A stretch of 57,189 nt of DNA, from the NCBI GenBank assembly GCA_021811685.1, contig JAJZNT010000022.1, positions 1 to 57,189 of the forward strand. Reading direction: 5' to 3'. The position numbers and the translations under genes are program-made. Under the pieces are notes generated by a model. The model did not search any database, was not told where the DNA came from, and worked only from the letters and a program-made list of their open reading frames with translations. Of this stretch, positions 44,872-53,619 are shown one piece after another (the first letter of the stretch is position 1; each line of letters opens with the position of its first letter). Source of the DNA: a bacterium. Its GTDB lineage: Bacteria; Patescibacteriota; Saccharimonadia; Saccharimonadales; UBA4665.

Positions 44872-45188
44872 TGTATGAACGAACGCTAAATTTTCGCAGC
44901 GAAGTAATCGCCTTGGTTAAATCGATTCCAAGAGGCAGGTTAATGACTTATGGCCAAATAGCAGCCCTAGCCGGCAGCCCAAGAGCCGCAAGGGTAGTCG
45001 GTGGAATTGCCCACTATGGCGATCCCGCTTTACCGTGGCAGAGAGTAGTTAACAAGAAGGGATATCTAGCTAGCGGTTATCCGGGAGGACGAAGAGGTCA
45101 TCTTGCTGCCTTAGAGAACGAAGGGATTAAAATTACCAATAACAGAGCGCCGATTGAAAGTTTAATATGGTGGCCAAAAACAAAATAA
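44871..45188 (+). CDS. alkyltransferase-like (ATL) / MGMT-family DNA-binding protein without the catalytic Cys
   Basis: PRGRLMTYGQIAALAG...PWQRVV, where methyltransferases have PCHRV. The ATG overlaps the thrS stop (TAATG). Confidence 0.7.
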   Translation: MYERTLNFRSEVIALVKSIPRGRLMTYGQIAALAGSPRAARVVGGIAHYGDPALPWQRVVNKKGYLASGYPGGRRGHLAALENEGIKITNNRAPIESLIWWPKTK

Positions 45189-46069
45189 CTAAGCCGTTGC
45201 TTGCTATAGTCGGCACTACAGCGACCGGTAAAAGCCAGCTCGCTCTAAAGCTAGCGGCTAAGTTTAGTGGAGAAATAGTTAGTGCTGATTCATGGGTGGT
45301 TAGAAGGGGGCTGGATATAGGGACGGCGAAACCCTCGCTTAAAGATAGACAGACCGTGAGGCATCACATGATAGATATCATTGAACCTGATGATAACTTT
45401 TCAGCCGCAGAATATAAGAAAAGGGCAGCAGCTGCAATAGAAGGCATATACTCGAGAAATCATCTTCCGATAATTGTAGGCGGCAGCGGGCTATACGTTG
45501 ATTCCTTGCTCTTCGATTATAGTTTTTTGCCCGCTTCGGGACGCGGCGAAAGAGAAAGACTAAACGCTCTGCCGCTACAGGATCTGCAGCTGCTGGCTTT
45601 AGACGAGGAGCTGGATCTTGATTCAATTGATAAGAATAATAAGCGCCGAGTAATTAGGCTAATAGAGACTAATGGCGGCATAGCAACACGAACTAGTCTT
45701 AGAGACTCCACTTTAATAATTGGACTTAATCCGGAGAGAAAAGAGCTGACTAAGTCTATAACCAAACGCGTGGATCAAATGTTGGCGCAGGGGTTAGAGG
45801 GGGAGGTAAAGAACCTTAGTGAGGAATATGGTTGGGGTTGCGAAGCCCTTAAAGGTATTGGTTACCATGAGTGGCGCCTGTATTTCACGAGCAACCAGGA
45901 TCTAACTACAACACGGGAACGAATAATTAAAGATACCCTCGATTTAGCCAAGCGGCAACAAAGCTGGTTTAAAAGAAACAAAAGTATTCATTGGTTTACC
46001 ACCCCAGTTAATCTTTCACAAGTAGATGCTTTAATAACAACGTTCCTGAGTAAAAACGTTTCTGTTTGA
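45167..46069 (+). CDS. miaA: tRNA dimethylallyltransferase
   Basis: AIVGTTATGKSQLALKLA...EIVSADS...GGSGLY, the MiaA motifs. Overlaps the ATL gene by 22 nt. Confidence 0.85.
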   Translation: MVAKNKITKPLLAIVGTTATGKSQLALKLAAKFSGEIVSADSWVVRRGLDIGTAKPSLKDRQTVRHHMIDIIEPDDNFSAAEYKKRAAAAIEGIYSRNHLPIIVGGSGLYVDSLLFDYSFLPASGRGERERLNALPLQDLQLLALDEELDLDSIDKNNKRRVIRLIETNGGIATRTSLRDSTLIIGLNPERKELTKSITKRVDQMLAQGLEGEVKNLSEEYGWGCEALKGIGYHEWRLYFTSNQDLTTTRERIIKDTLDLAKRQQSWFKRNKSIHWFTTPVNLSQVDALITTFLSKNVSV

Positions 46070-46093
46070 TGAAGTGCTGTTACAATAATATCT

Positions 46094-46690
46094 ATGATCG
46101 AACAACTCTTTGGTTCCAAGACTAGGGTGAAGCTACTGAAGCTATTTTATGGTAACCCTAACCGGGCGTTTTACGTAAGGGAAATAACCCGAAAAATCGG
46201 GGAGCAGATAAATTCAGTAAGACGTGAGCTTTCTAATTTGCTTAACGTTGGTATCATAACTTCAGACAATACCAATAATAAACTCTACTATGAAGTTAAT
46301 CAGAAGTATGAGTATTACGACCCGTTACTGACGATCTTTGGAGGAAAAAGCAGTGCCGCCTCTAAGTCCAGCAATAAAGTTGGCACAGAAGAGGGAGTAG
46401 AAGAGGAATTTAAAGCGCTTGGACACGTCGAACTTGTAGTATTTAGCGGGCTGTTTACTAGTGATGCCAGTTCTCCAGTAGATGTGTTGATTGTCGGCAA
46501 CGTTAACAAAAATGCCGTAGATAAGTACATTGCCTCACTGGAAGAGGACGAGGGTAAGGACATTAACTACTCGGTCATGAAGCTTGATGATTTTATATAC
46601 AGGAGCCAAATAAGGGATCGGTTCGTGACTAAAATTCTAAACTCGAAAACCCATATATTGCTGGACAGGCAGGGTCTAATTAACGTCTAA
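46094..46690 (+). CDS. winged-helix transcriptional regulator-like protein
   Basis: N-terminus FGSKTRVKLLKLFYGNPNRAFYVREITRKIGEQINSVRRELSNLLNVGII is an ArsR/MarR-like wHTH. C-terminal domain unassigned. Confidence 0.5.
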   Translation: MIEQLFGSKTRVKLLKLFYGNPNRAFYVREITRKIGEQINSVRRELSNLLNVGIITSDNTNNKLYYEVNQKYEYYDPLLTIFGGKSSAASKSSNKVGTEEGVEEEFKALGHVELVVFSGLFTSDASSPVDVLIVGNVNKNAVDKYIASLEEDEGKDINYSVMKLDDFIYRSQIRDRFVTKILNSKTHILLDRQGLINV

Positions 46691-46710
46691 GCGAAAGTGA
46701 GAGAAAGATT

Positions 46711-47340
46711 ATGGATATACAGTTCTATGGAGCCAATTGTCTAAGCCTAAGCTATAAGACTACCAGAATAGTGCTTGACGACAACCTTAAGCAGCTAGGA
46801 AAAAAGAATATTCTAAGGAACGGAGATGTTGCTCTATATACTACGTCATCAGTCGGAATAACAGATGTAGAGCCTCGATTAATTATAGATAGTCCTGGCG
46901 AATATGAAGTGTCAGATATATCGATTAACGGTATTGAGGCGCGGGCGCATACAGATGAATCGGGCACAAATCAAGCAGTTATGTACAAGATTTCAGTAGC
47001 TGATATTAACTTATTAATTACCGGACATATATTTCCTGAGCTTAATGATAATCAGCTTGAAGCAGTTGGGATGATTGATGTGTTAGTAATTCCGGTCGGC
47101 GGACACGGCTATACGCTAGATCCAAAGGGCGCACTAACAATAATTAAAGAGCTTGAGCCGAAATTGATTATCCCGACACACTATGACGATAAAAGCCTTA
47201 AATTCCCAGTTCCGCAGATGTCATTAGCAGAAGCTCTAAGCGAGCTAGGCATGGAACCAAGGGAGCCTCTAAGCAAACTACGACTCAAAGCTGCCGACCT
47301 TAGCGAGGTTACTCAACTGGTCGTACTAAAGTCAGATTAA
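46711..47340 (+). CDS. metallo-beta-lactamase-fold hydrolase (UPF0173-like)
   Basis: 209 aa with ...LITGHIF...VLVIPVGGHGYTLDPKGA...LIIPTHYD, an MBL-like pattern. Confidence 0.55.
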   Translation: MDIQFYGANCLSLSYKTTRIVLDDNLKQLGKKNILRNGDVALYTTSSVGITDVEPRLIIDSPGEYEVSDISINGIEARAHTDESGTNQAVMYKISVADINLLITGHIFPELNDNQLEAVGMIDVLVIPVGGHGYTLDPKGALTIIKELEPKLIIPTHYDDKSLKFPVPQMSLAEALSELGMEPREPLSKLRLKAADLSEVTQLVVLKSD

Positions 47341-47531
47341 GAATTTATCAGGTTTTTCTTTTTGAGCGTTCTGATTGCCTGAGTGCTCAACTTCATAGTA
47401 GTTTTTTTGCCATCAATAACAACCGTCTTGGTTTGCAGGTTAGGCTTCCAGACTCTTTTAGTGTGTCGCTGGGAAATACTTACATTATTTCCGTATTGTT
47501 TGCTCTTACCGGTCAAATCGCATTTCTGCAT
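47337..47531 (-). CDS. rpmB: 50S ribosomal protein L28
   Basis: MQKCDLTGKSKQYGNNVSISQRHTKRVWKPNLQ, the L28 signature. Confidence 0.9.
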   Translation of the reverse strand: MQKCDLTGKSKQYGNNVSISQRHTKRVWKPNLQTKTVVIDGKKTTMKLSTQAIRTLKKKNLINS

Positions 47532-47622
47532 AATTTATTCCTCAAATTCAACGGTCATTCTACCTTAAAGTCGGACCGATAGTCAATCTGAAAATTATAG
47601 TTCTTAAGGTATACTAAAAAAC

Positions 47623-48252
47623 ATGTTTGGCAGCCTGACGGTTACAGAAATAATATATTTCATACTAGCTCTGTTGATCAGCATGATCATTCATGAGGTA
47701 ATGCACGGTGTTACCGCAAGGGCGCTAGGCGATACTACTGCGGCGGATATGGGCAGATTGACGCTTAATCCACTTAAGCATATTGACGTAATGACTACCA
47801 TTTTGCTTCCCGTAATACTGGTTATAGCCCACATTCCACCAATAATGGCGGCCAAACCGGTACCGTATAACCCGGATCGCTTAAAATTTGATGACTATGG
47901 TGCTGCGTTAGTTGGAATTGCCGGCCCTGTTACTAATTTCTTACTGGCGATAGTCGGGTCCTTATTGCTGCACTTATTCATAAACGGTAACGCGCAGGTT
48001 ATACAATTTCTGGGGTTGTTTATCCAAGTAAATGTTATCTTGATGGTATTTAACTTAATTCCCTTTCCTCCGCTTGACGGATCCAGGGTTCTTTACGCCT
48101 TTGCACCGGAGTCTGTGCGCCGCGTAATGGAGCGCATAGAGTCAATGGGATTTATAGCTGTTCTGTTGCTTATCTTAATCCTGTTTGAGTTTATTGCGCC
48201 GTATATTGTAGGTATCGAGAATTCAGTGCTCAATTTTGTTATAAGTCTCTGA
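47623..48252 (+). CDS. site-2 protease family (M50) membrane metalloprotease
   Basis: HEVMHG zinc motif within a TM helix, polytopic, with a later NLIPFPPLDGSRV motif. Confidence 0.8.
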   Translation: MFGSLTVTEIIYFILALLISMIIHEVMHGVTARALGDTTAADMGRLTLNPLKHIDVMTTILLPVILVIAHIPPIMAAKPVPYNPDRLKFDDYGAALVGIAGPVTNFLLAIVGSLLLHLFINGNAQVIQFLGLFIQVNVILMVFNLIPFPPLDGSRVLYAFAPESVRRVMERIESMGFIAVLLLILILFEFIAPYIVGIENSVLNFVISL

Positions 48253-48450
48253 CTTGTTTTTTTAGGTATAATGGAAGTTAGGTCGGGTTAGGGGCTAAAC
48301 ATTTAACTCCAGCCGAGTAATGATTATCTGAATACGTATAGATAGGGAGCCTTTACCGTGTCAACCGTGGTTAACGCGAGCGGGCACCCACCTGAGGGAT
48401 CTCAGGTTAATCAGCTCGGCAGCCCGGCTTTTTATGTTAGTGTAAGGTTG

Positions 48451-48525
48451 CGGGGTGTAGCGCAGTGGTAGCGCGTACGGCTGGGGGCCGTGAGGTCGCA
48501 GGTTCAATCCCTGTCACCCCGACCA
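48451..48525 (+). tRNA. tRNA-Pro (anticodon GGG), CCA encoded
   Basis: CGGGGTGTAGCGCAGTGGTAGCGC, anticodon loop CTGGGGG, T-arm GGTTCAATCC, acceptor 3' CACCCCG, then ACCA. Confidence 0.8.
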
Positions 48526-48543
48526 AAGTCCTTATATTTATAA

Positions 48544-48572
48544 TTGACAATGTATATACATTTGTATATCAT
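48544..48572 (+). promoter_or_regulatory. mazEF promoter TTGACA-17-TATCAT with a perfect 14-nt palindromic operator in the spacer
   Basis: AATGTATATACATT (48549-48562) is a perfect palindrome between -35 and -10. A GGAGG SD precedes the ATG at 48592. Confidence 0.5.
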
Positions 48573-48591
48573 AAGAGCGGAGGACAAGATT

Positions 48592-48840
48592 ATGACAACG
48601 ACATCTAGTATTAAAAAATGGGGCAATAGTTTAGCTCTAAGAATACCTTCTTCGGTAGCTCAAGATTTGGATTTATCAGAAAATAGCATAATACAGATTA
48701 CTAGTGACGGATTAGTTGCTACCATTCGTCCTAAAAAGGCCAAGAAACAATCTCTTAAGTACTTAGTAGCTGCAATAACGCCAGATAATAGACATGAAGA
48801 ACTTGATTGGGGTAAACCAGTGGGCGGAGAGGTATGGTAA
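48592..48840 (+). CDS. mazE: MazE/AbrB-family antitoxin
   Basis: MTTTSSIKKWGNSLALRIPSSVAQDLDL, the MazE N-terminal motif. Overlaps mazF by 7 nt. Confidence 0.75.
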   Translation: MTTTSSIKKWGNSLALRIPSSVAQDLDLSENSIIQITSDGLVATIRPKKAKKQSLKYLVAAITPDNRHEELDWGKPVGGEVW

Positions 48841-49172
48841 GCAAATATATACCCGATAGAGGTGATATAGTTTGGCTAAATTTTAATCCCCAGCAAGGAC
48901 ACGAACAAGCAGGTGTAAGGCCAGCGCTAGTATTGTCACCTAAGAGCTATAATAGGAATTCTAAATTGATGCTTGCATGCCCAATAACATCCAAGGTTAA
49001 GGGATACCCCTTTGAGGTAAGAGTTTTGGCTAAGAAAATTGATGGGGCTGTGTTAGCTGACCAAGTAAAGAATCTTGACTGGACTATAAGGAATGTATCT
49101 TTCGTTGAAAAGGTTCCTTATGATGTCTTAGAACAAGTGAACGAGTTTATTGAGACACTTCTTAGAGATTAG
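48834..49172 (+). CDS. mazF: MazF/PemK-family endoribonuclease toxin
   Basis: YIPDRGDIVWLNFNPQQGHEQAGVRPALVLSPKSYN...CPITSKVKGYPFEV, the MazF pattern. Confidence 0.85.
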   Translation: MVSKYIPDRGDIVWLNFNPQQGHEQAGVRPALVLSPKSYNRNSKLMLACPITSKVKGYPFEVRVLAKKIDGAVLADQVKNLDWTIRNVSFVEKVPYDVLEQVNEFIETLLRD

Positions 49173-49337
49173 TTACAGGATGTAGTCAAGCAGGTATTGG
49201 TGTATTTAGTTATTGTTTTATCTTCAAGGTAATCTGTAAACCAGTATTGTTTTAGCGATTCAAGAAGCCCGTATAGCTATTCAAGTTTAATCGCTCCTGG
49301 TCTACAAATAAAATAAAAATATTAACTTTACTCTATT

Positions 49338-49598
49338 TTGTCTATTCTTGCCTGGCAAGAGTTAATGACTGGAGCTGCGCTTAACGGTAATGATTCAGAC
49401 AAATTATTGATAAACATCTTAAATGACCTGAGTGCCACAAAATTCATACCAGTTAATCTAAATATTGCTAAGCGGGCAGCATCCTTAGCTAAACGCTGTG
49501 GTAAACAGCTTTGCGGCCACGATGCAGTTCATGTTGCTACGGTAATCGAGCGTAAAGCAAGCTATTTTATGACTAATGATAAAAACTATTGGATATAA
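49338..49598 (+). pseudogene. truncated PIN-domain gene (C-terminal two thirds only)
   Basis: ...NIAKRAASLAKRCGKQLCGHDAVHVATVIERKASYFMTNDKNYWI*. There is no N-terminal Asp strand. A PIN-tail-like continuation follows the stop. Confidence 0.45.
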
Positions 49599-49733
49599 AT
49601 TTTAAGGAAATTGAAGTGCGCAGTATATAATAGTAATTTCTTTACCGGATTTAAAAGATAAACCCGCCTTTAGTTTTTAGCATAATCCAATACCGGGCTA
49701 TACTATAAAAGTTAACGGATTTTAAAATTCAAT

Positions 49734-50435
49734 ATGTGGCAAGAAACAAAACATAGTCTCTTTAAGCAATTTAATTTCAAAGATTTCAATGAGGCTTTTA
49801 GTTTTATGTCCCAGGTAGCTAAGACCATAAAGGATCAGAGTGATCACTTGAGGTGGGAAAACGAGGGTTCGGTTGTTCAGATCTGGCTATCTACACGTGA
49901 TCAAAACGAGCATATTACGCCAAAGGATAAAGAAATTGCGGAAGAGATCGATAAACTTATTAAAGAAGGCAGGCCTTTAAGCGAATGGGCGGAAGACAAT
50001 GAGCTGCCAGCAAAGGTGAAAAAGAAGATAAAGCTATATGCCGACGGTGGATCAAGGGGAAATCCCGGACCAAGTGCCAGCGGCTATGTTTTACTAGACG
50101 AAGCCGATAAGATCTTAGAAGATAAGGGCGTGTATTTGGGAATAACTACAAATAATCAGGCAGAGTATACTGCTCTAAAGCTTGGCCTGGAGGAGGCCAA
50201 AAAGCGCCAGATAAGCAACATAGACGTATATATGGATAGCTTATTAGTAATAAACCAAATGCGGGGTAGTTTTAAGGTGCGTAACCGCGATTTGTGGCCA
50301 ATACATGCGGCAATTAAAGACCTGGTAAAAGACTTTAAACACATTACCTTTACTCATGTTCCAAGAGAGCTTAATAAACTGGCCGATGCGGCAGTCAACC
50401 GTGCTCTAGATGAAGAACTGGGCATAAGCGGTTAA
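49734..50435 (+). CDS. rnhA: fusion protein: DCoH/pterin-4a-carbinolamine-dehydratase-like N-domain + RNase HI
   Basis: The N-terminal ~80 aa (W..T.HSLFKQFNFKDFNEAFSFMSQVA...VQIWLST) resemble the PCD fold, with the HHP site degenerate (SDHLR). The C-terminal part carries YADGGSRGNPGPSASGY...NNQAEYTAL...DS...NKLADAA, the RNase H DEDD motifs. Confidence 0.65.
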   Translation: MWQETKHSLFKQFNFKDFNEAFSFMSQVAKTIKDQSDHLRWENEGSVVQIWLSTRDQNEHITPKDKEIAEEIDKLIKEGRPLSEWAEDNELPAKVKKKIKLYADGGSRGNPGPSASGYVLLDEADKILEDKGVYLGITTNNQAEYTALKLGLEEAKKRQISNIDVYMDSLLVINQMRGSFKVRNRDLWPIHAAIKDLVKDFKHITFTHVPRELNKLADAAVNRALDEELGISG

Positions 50436-50450
50436 TTTTAGTATAATAGT

Positions 50451-50815
50451 AGGAGCCAGATTATCGGTTGGTCGCATGTCTACATAAAGGCATGAGGAAA
50501 GTCCGGGCAGCAAAGGGAAGGACAGTCGTTAACGGCGACCGGGTGTAAGCCCAGGGAAAGTGCCACAGAGACTATACTGCCTTTGTTTTAAAGGTAAGGG
50601 TGAAAAGAGTAGGGTAAGAGCCTACAGTACCCGTTAGTGATATCGGGTAGGGGTAAACCCTGTCTGCTGCAAGGAGATGGATTTTAAAGGCCTAAAGCCT
50701 TAAGTGTCCCGCTCATAAGGATTCATCATTAAATCCGCTTGATCCTGAAGGCAACTTCAGGACTAGATAGATGACCAACTAAAACAGAACCCGGCTTACG
50801 GATAATCTGGCTCCT
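50451..50815 (+). ncRNA. rnpB: RNase P RNA (bacterial type A)
   Basis: The terminal helix AGGAGCCAGATTATC pairs with GATAATCTGGCTCCT. Conserved GAGGAAAGTCCGGGC (CR-I) and ACAGAACCCGGCTTAC (CR-V) are present. Confidence 0.9.
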
Positions 50816-50840
50816 CGTTAGTAATATATTATTTAAAAAA

Positions 50841-51194
50841 CTACTTAGACTTAAGGCTAGTTGCCTTAACTACTTCTGAAAACGCCTGCGGCTCGTTTAC
50901 TGCTAGCTCGGCTAGTATTTTGCGGTCCAAGGTTATATTAGCCTTTTTAAGGCTGGAAATTAACTTGCTGTAGGTAGTGTTGTTATCTCTGGCAGCAGCA
51001 TTAATTCGTGCATTCCAGAGTTGTCTAAAAGTGCGCTTCTTTGTCTTTCGGTCTCTGGTGGCATTCTGCAGAGAACGGGTCACTGCCTGCTTACCTCTTT
51101 TTACACTTACCCGGTTGGGATGCGAATAGCCTCTTGTAGCTTTACGAATCTTATGATGCTTTTTGTGGGCTGTAACGCCTCGTTTTACTCTCAT
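50841..51194 (-). CDS. rplT: 50S ribosomal protein L20
   Basis: [23 protein letters not shown]...[14 protein letters not shown], the L20 signature. Confidence 0.9.
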   Translation of the reverse strand: MRVKRGVTAHKKHHKIRKATRGYSHPNRVSVKRGKQAVTRSLQNATRDRKTKKRTFRQLWNARINAAARDNNTTYSKLISSLKKANITLDRKILAELAVNEPQAFSEVVKATSLKSK

Positions 51195-51222
51195 TATTAA
51201 TTTCTCCTAACGCCTATAAGGC

Positions 51223-51417
51223 TTATGCTCCCATTGAACGTTTAATATTTTTAGCAAAAGAACCTGATCGGGTTTTTAACCCGCTCAAACTGCGCTTTCT
51301 TGAGCCACTCTTCTTACCTAGAAAGTGATTCATGTTAGGGTGTCCGGCACGTACTTTCCCGTTCTTGGTTATTTTGACTCTATCCTTTGTGCCGCTATGA
51401 GTTTTTAACTTAGGCAT
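51223..51417 (-). CDS. rpmI: 50S ribosomal protein L35
   Basis: MPKLKTHSGTKDRVKITKNGKV...H, the L35 signature. Confidence 0.9.
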   Translation of the reverse strand: MPKLKTHSGTKDRVKITKNGKVRAGHPNMNHFLGKKSGSRKRSLSGLKTRSGSFAKNIKRSMGA

Positions 51418-51439
51418 ATATCTCCTTAAATATTATGAA

Positions 51440-51961
51440 TTATTTAGTGTGTCCTGAGCCTCTCAGCACAAAACTTAATTGTCTTCCGGCGAGTAGTGGT
51501 TGCTGTTCGACGATCGCCCTGTCGGCAAAGCCCGCTATAACCTTATCTGCCAGCTTAAAGCCGAGTTCTCGATGAGCTTGTTCCCGCCCCCGATAAACTA
51601 TAACCAGTTTAACTTTATGACCTTCTGCTAAAAACTTTTCGACTTTTCCTAGCTTGATTGCTAAATCGTGTTCGCCGATTTTAAGCCCAAAGCGCATTTG
51701 CTTAAGCTCAGTCGATTTATGCGACTTACGATTTTTTTGCTGCTGCTTAGTGCGCTGGTAGTTATATTTCCCCCAGTTAACAATTCGTGCGACTGGCGGA
51801 TTTGTATCGGGCGATACTTCAACTAGGTCTAAATCTTGTTCTCTAGCCTTAGCTAAGGCCTCCTGTCTACTAAGGACACCGAGCTGATTACCGGCTTCGT
51901 CTATGACCCTTAGCTCCGATGCGCGTATCTGTTCGTTTACGCGGGTAACCTTGGTTATAAT
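51440..51961 (-). CDS. infC: translation initiation factor IF-3 (ATT start)
   Basis: The frame is open upstream of the track Met. It reads IITKVTRVNEQIRASELRVIDEAGNQLGVLSRQEALAKAREQDLDLVEVSP..., beginning at ATT (51959-51961) 4 nt after GAGGAGAAG. Confidence 0.85.
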   Translation of the reverse strand: MITKVTRVNEQIRASELRVIDEAGNQLGVLSRQEALAKAREQDLDLVEVSPDTNPPVARIVNWGKYNYQRTKQQQKNRKSHKSTELKQMRFGLKIGEHDLAIKLGKVEKFLAEGHKVKLVIVYRGREQAHRELGFKLADKVIAGFADRAIVEQQPLLAGRQLSFVLRGSGHTK

Positions 51962-52024
51962 CTTCTCCTCATTGGCTTATTAATGATGGATTTTAACAGA
52001 TGAACATCTAGGGGTCAACGCCCC

Positions 52025-52062
52025 CAAACAAAAAACAGCCCCGTCGGCCTTGGGGGCGGGGC
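52025..52062 (-). terminator. terminator/attenuator hairpin in the infC leader
   Basis: Minus strand reads GCCCCGcccccaaggccgaCGGGGC followed by TGTTTTTTGTTT. Lies about 60 nt upstream of the infC start. Confidence 0.4.
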
Positions 52063-52190
52063 AAGCTTTAGTTGTTTGGGTTTGTTTAAACAGATTTTGT
52101 TGAGTTTCATGGAACAACGGCTTGCGAGAAGCCGTTGTTTCAGATTGCTTTTTGTTTTTGAGCACTTTTTTTATTCAAGTGCTAATGAAT

Positions 52191-52219
52191 AATATATCCC
52201 CTCAAACATACCTCGTCAA
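52191..52219 (-). promoter_or_regulatory. infC operon promoter TTGACG-17-TATATT
   Basis: Minus strand reads TTGACGaggtatgtttgaggggaTATATT. Implies a leader of about 220 nt. Confidence 0.4.
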
Positions 52220-52428
52220 TATTCTTTGTGCTTAAATTTTTACTAAACCTGTGCATAACTTTTGGCGGCACAAAATTAAAATTACCAAATATTGCCATTA
52301 TGCGGCCGTGGTGTTTGAGAAGTCTATGCCTGAAGATTACAACGAAATACAAAATCTATAATATTACGCGGCTACAACATGATAGCAAGTAAAACTAGCA
52401 TGGAATGCATAAGTAGTTATGTTTAGAG

Positions 52429-52821
52429 TTAAAAGGTTAGGTGACTCAGGCCGTAATAAAAATAAATCGCTACCCCAATGGGAATAATAATAACTAAACT
52501 TCCTGCTAAGTAATATAAAATCTTTTGAAAAACAGTAACTCTAGTAGAGCTGGCCTTATAGGAGTCAGCTAATTTAACTGCTACGTAAATCATGGCGAGG
52601 TAAGCAAGAAAAGGGAATAAGCCTAAAAAGTGATACAGTGAGCCGTTTGTATTAATGCTTGTAAAGCTAAGCAGATAGACCCAAACTAACAAACCCAAGC
52701 TAAGAAGCAAGTAGGCATAAAAGCAATACAGCCAAGCTTTAAATGGCGGTAGCTTATCCTGACGTTTTACAATCGCTATTATTGCTATAGCGAGGACTGG
52801 AGCAAATACATAGCCGTACAC
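52429..52821 (-). CDS. hypothetical polytopic membrane protein
   Basis: 130 aa with four hydrophobic helices. No family recognised. Confidence 0.45.
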   Translation of the reverse strand: MYGYVFAPVLAIAIIAIVKRQDKLPPFKAWLYCFYAYLLLSLGLLVWVYLLSFTSINTNGSLYHFLGLFPFLAYLAMIYVAVKLADSYKASSTRVTVFQKILYYLAGSLVIIIPIGVAIYFYYGLSHLTF

Positions 52822-53211
52822 TGGCTAATAATAACATGCCTATGCTTTAAATGAATTTGGGTGAACTTTGAATCTAAAATATCCTATAGTCATCGTAATA
52901 TTACTATAAATGGCTGGACATACTTGTCGCCTAAGCTTGGGCACTACACATTCTTGACATTTTAGTGCCGCCATGGTAGTTTATTTATGTAAGTCCAAAA
53001 ACAAAAACAACTTACAATTTAAACAACTTTTCCATGCGAGATGGAAGTTGATCGTCGCTCATTATCGCCTTAACGGGCGGTTTGAGCGGTCAGTCTTAGC
53101 CGTGGGTGATAAGCGCTTATTAATCATAATTTTAGAGCGGATTTATCACCTAGGCTCCAAATTTCTTTAAAAATTAAGTAACTTTATAAATTCAGCAATA
53201 CTTTCCGGCCA

Positions 53212-53586
53212 ATGAAACGCATAAGCGCGAACACTCCCGTACGTAAAATATTATTAATAATTATGCTTATATTGGCTGATGCGCTCTTCTTTTTACTTAA
53301 TGATCCATATAAGCTCCCGGCCACATTAATGTTATTAGGATTTGTGTTGTGCGGTCTGAGTGTTTATTTATTGTGCAAAATTGGCGCCAGAGTAATTAAA
53401 GCTATTGGCTTTATAAAGGAGGAGCGTCATCTTGTCATTGTAGCTACAAGTGCTCTAGTTACTATGGTTTTAATTCTCCAAGCCCTAGGACAGTTATCGT
53501 TTAGGGACATTGTTGCACTGCTGGCATTAACGGCAGTGGCATATTTCTACTTCACAAGAGTTAGTCCCCAAAAACTTCAATCTTAA
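53212..53586 (+). CDS. hypothetical membrane protein
   Basis: 124 aa with four hydrophobic helices. Lies upstream of the ATPase gene on the same strand. Confidence 0.45.
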   Translation: MKRISANTPVRKILLIIMLILADALFFLLNDPYKLPATLMLLGFVLCGLSVYLLCKIGARVIKAIGFIKEERHLVIVATSALVTMVLILQALGQLSFRDIVALLALTAVAYFYFTRVSPQKLQS

Positions 53587-53619
53587 CCCTAACAGGTCAA
53601 GAACTGTATAATAGTATGC

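Noticed and set aside
48279-48450. Assignment of the tRNA-Pro upstream segment, or of the nrdR upstream unit (42416-42586), to SRP RNA, 6S RNA or tmRNA
   Set aside because: I found no GGAAGCAGC-type SRP domain IV motif, no tmRNA tag frame or tRNA-like 3' end, and could not draw a convincing 6S central bubble by hand. Both are left as unclassified candidates.
51980-52165. Track ORF of 61 aa on the minus strand upstream of infC
   Set aside because: It lies entirely within the structured infC leader (hairpins and terminator), has no SD and has an odd composition. It is treated as non-coding.
52973-53170. Track ORF of 65 aa (+)
   Set aside because: It sits in an AT-rich intergenic region, has no SD and resembles no family. 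It is probably spurious.
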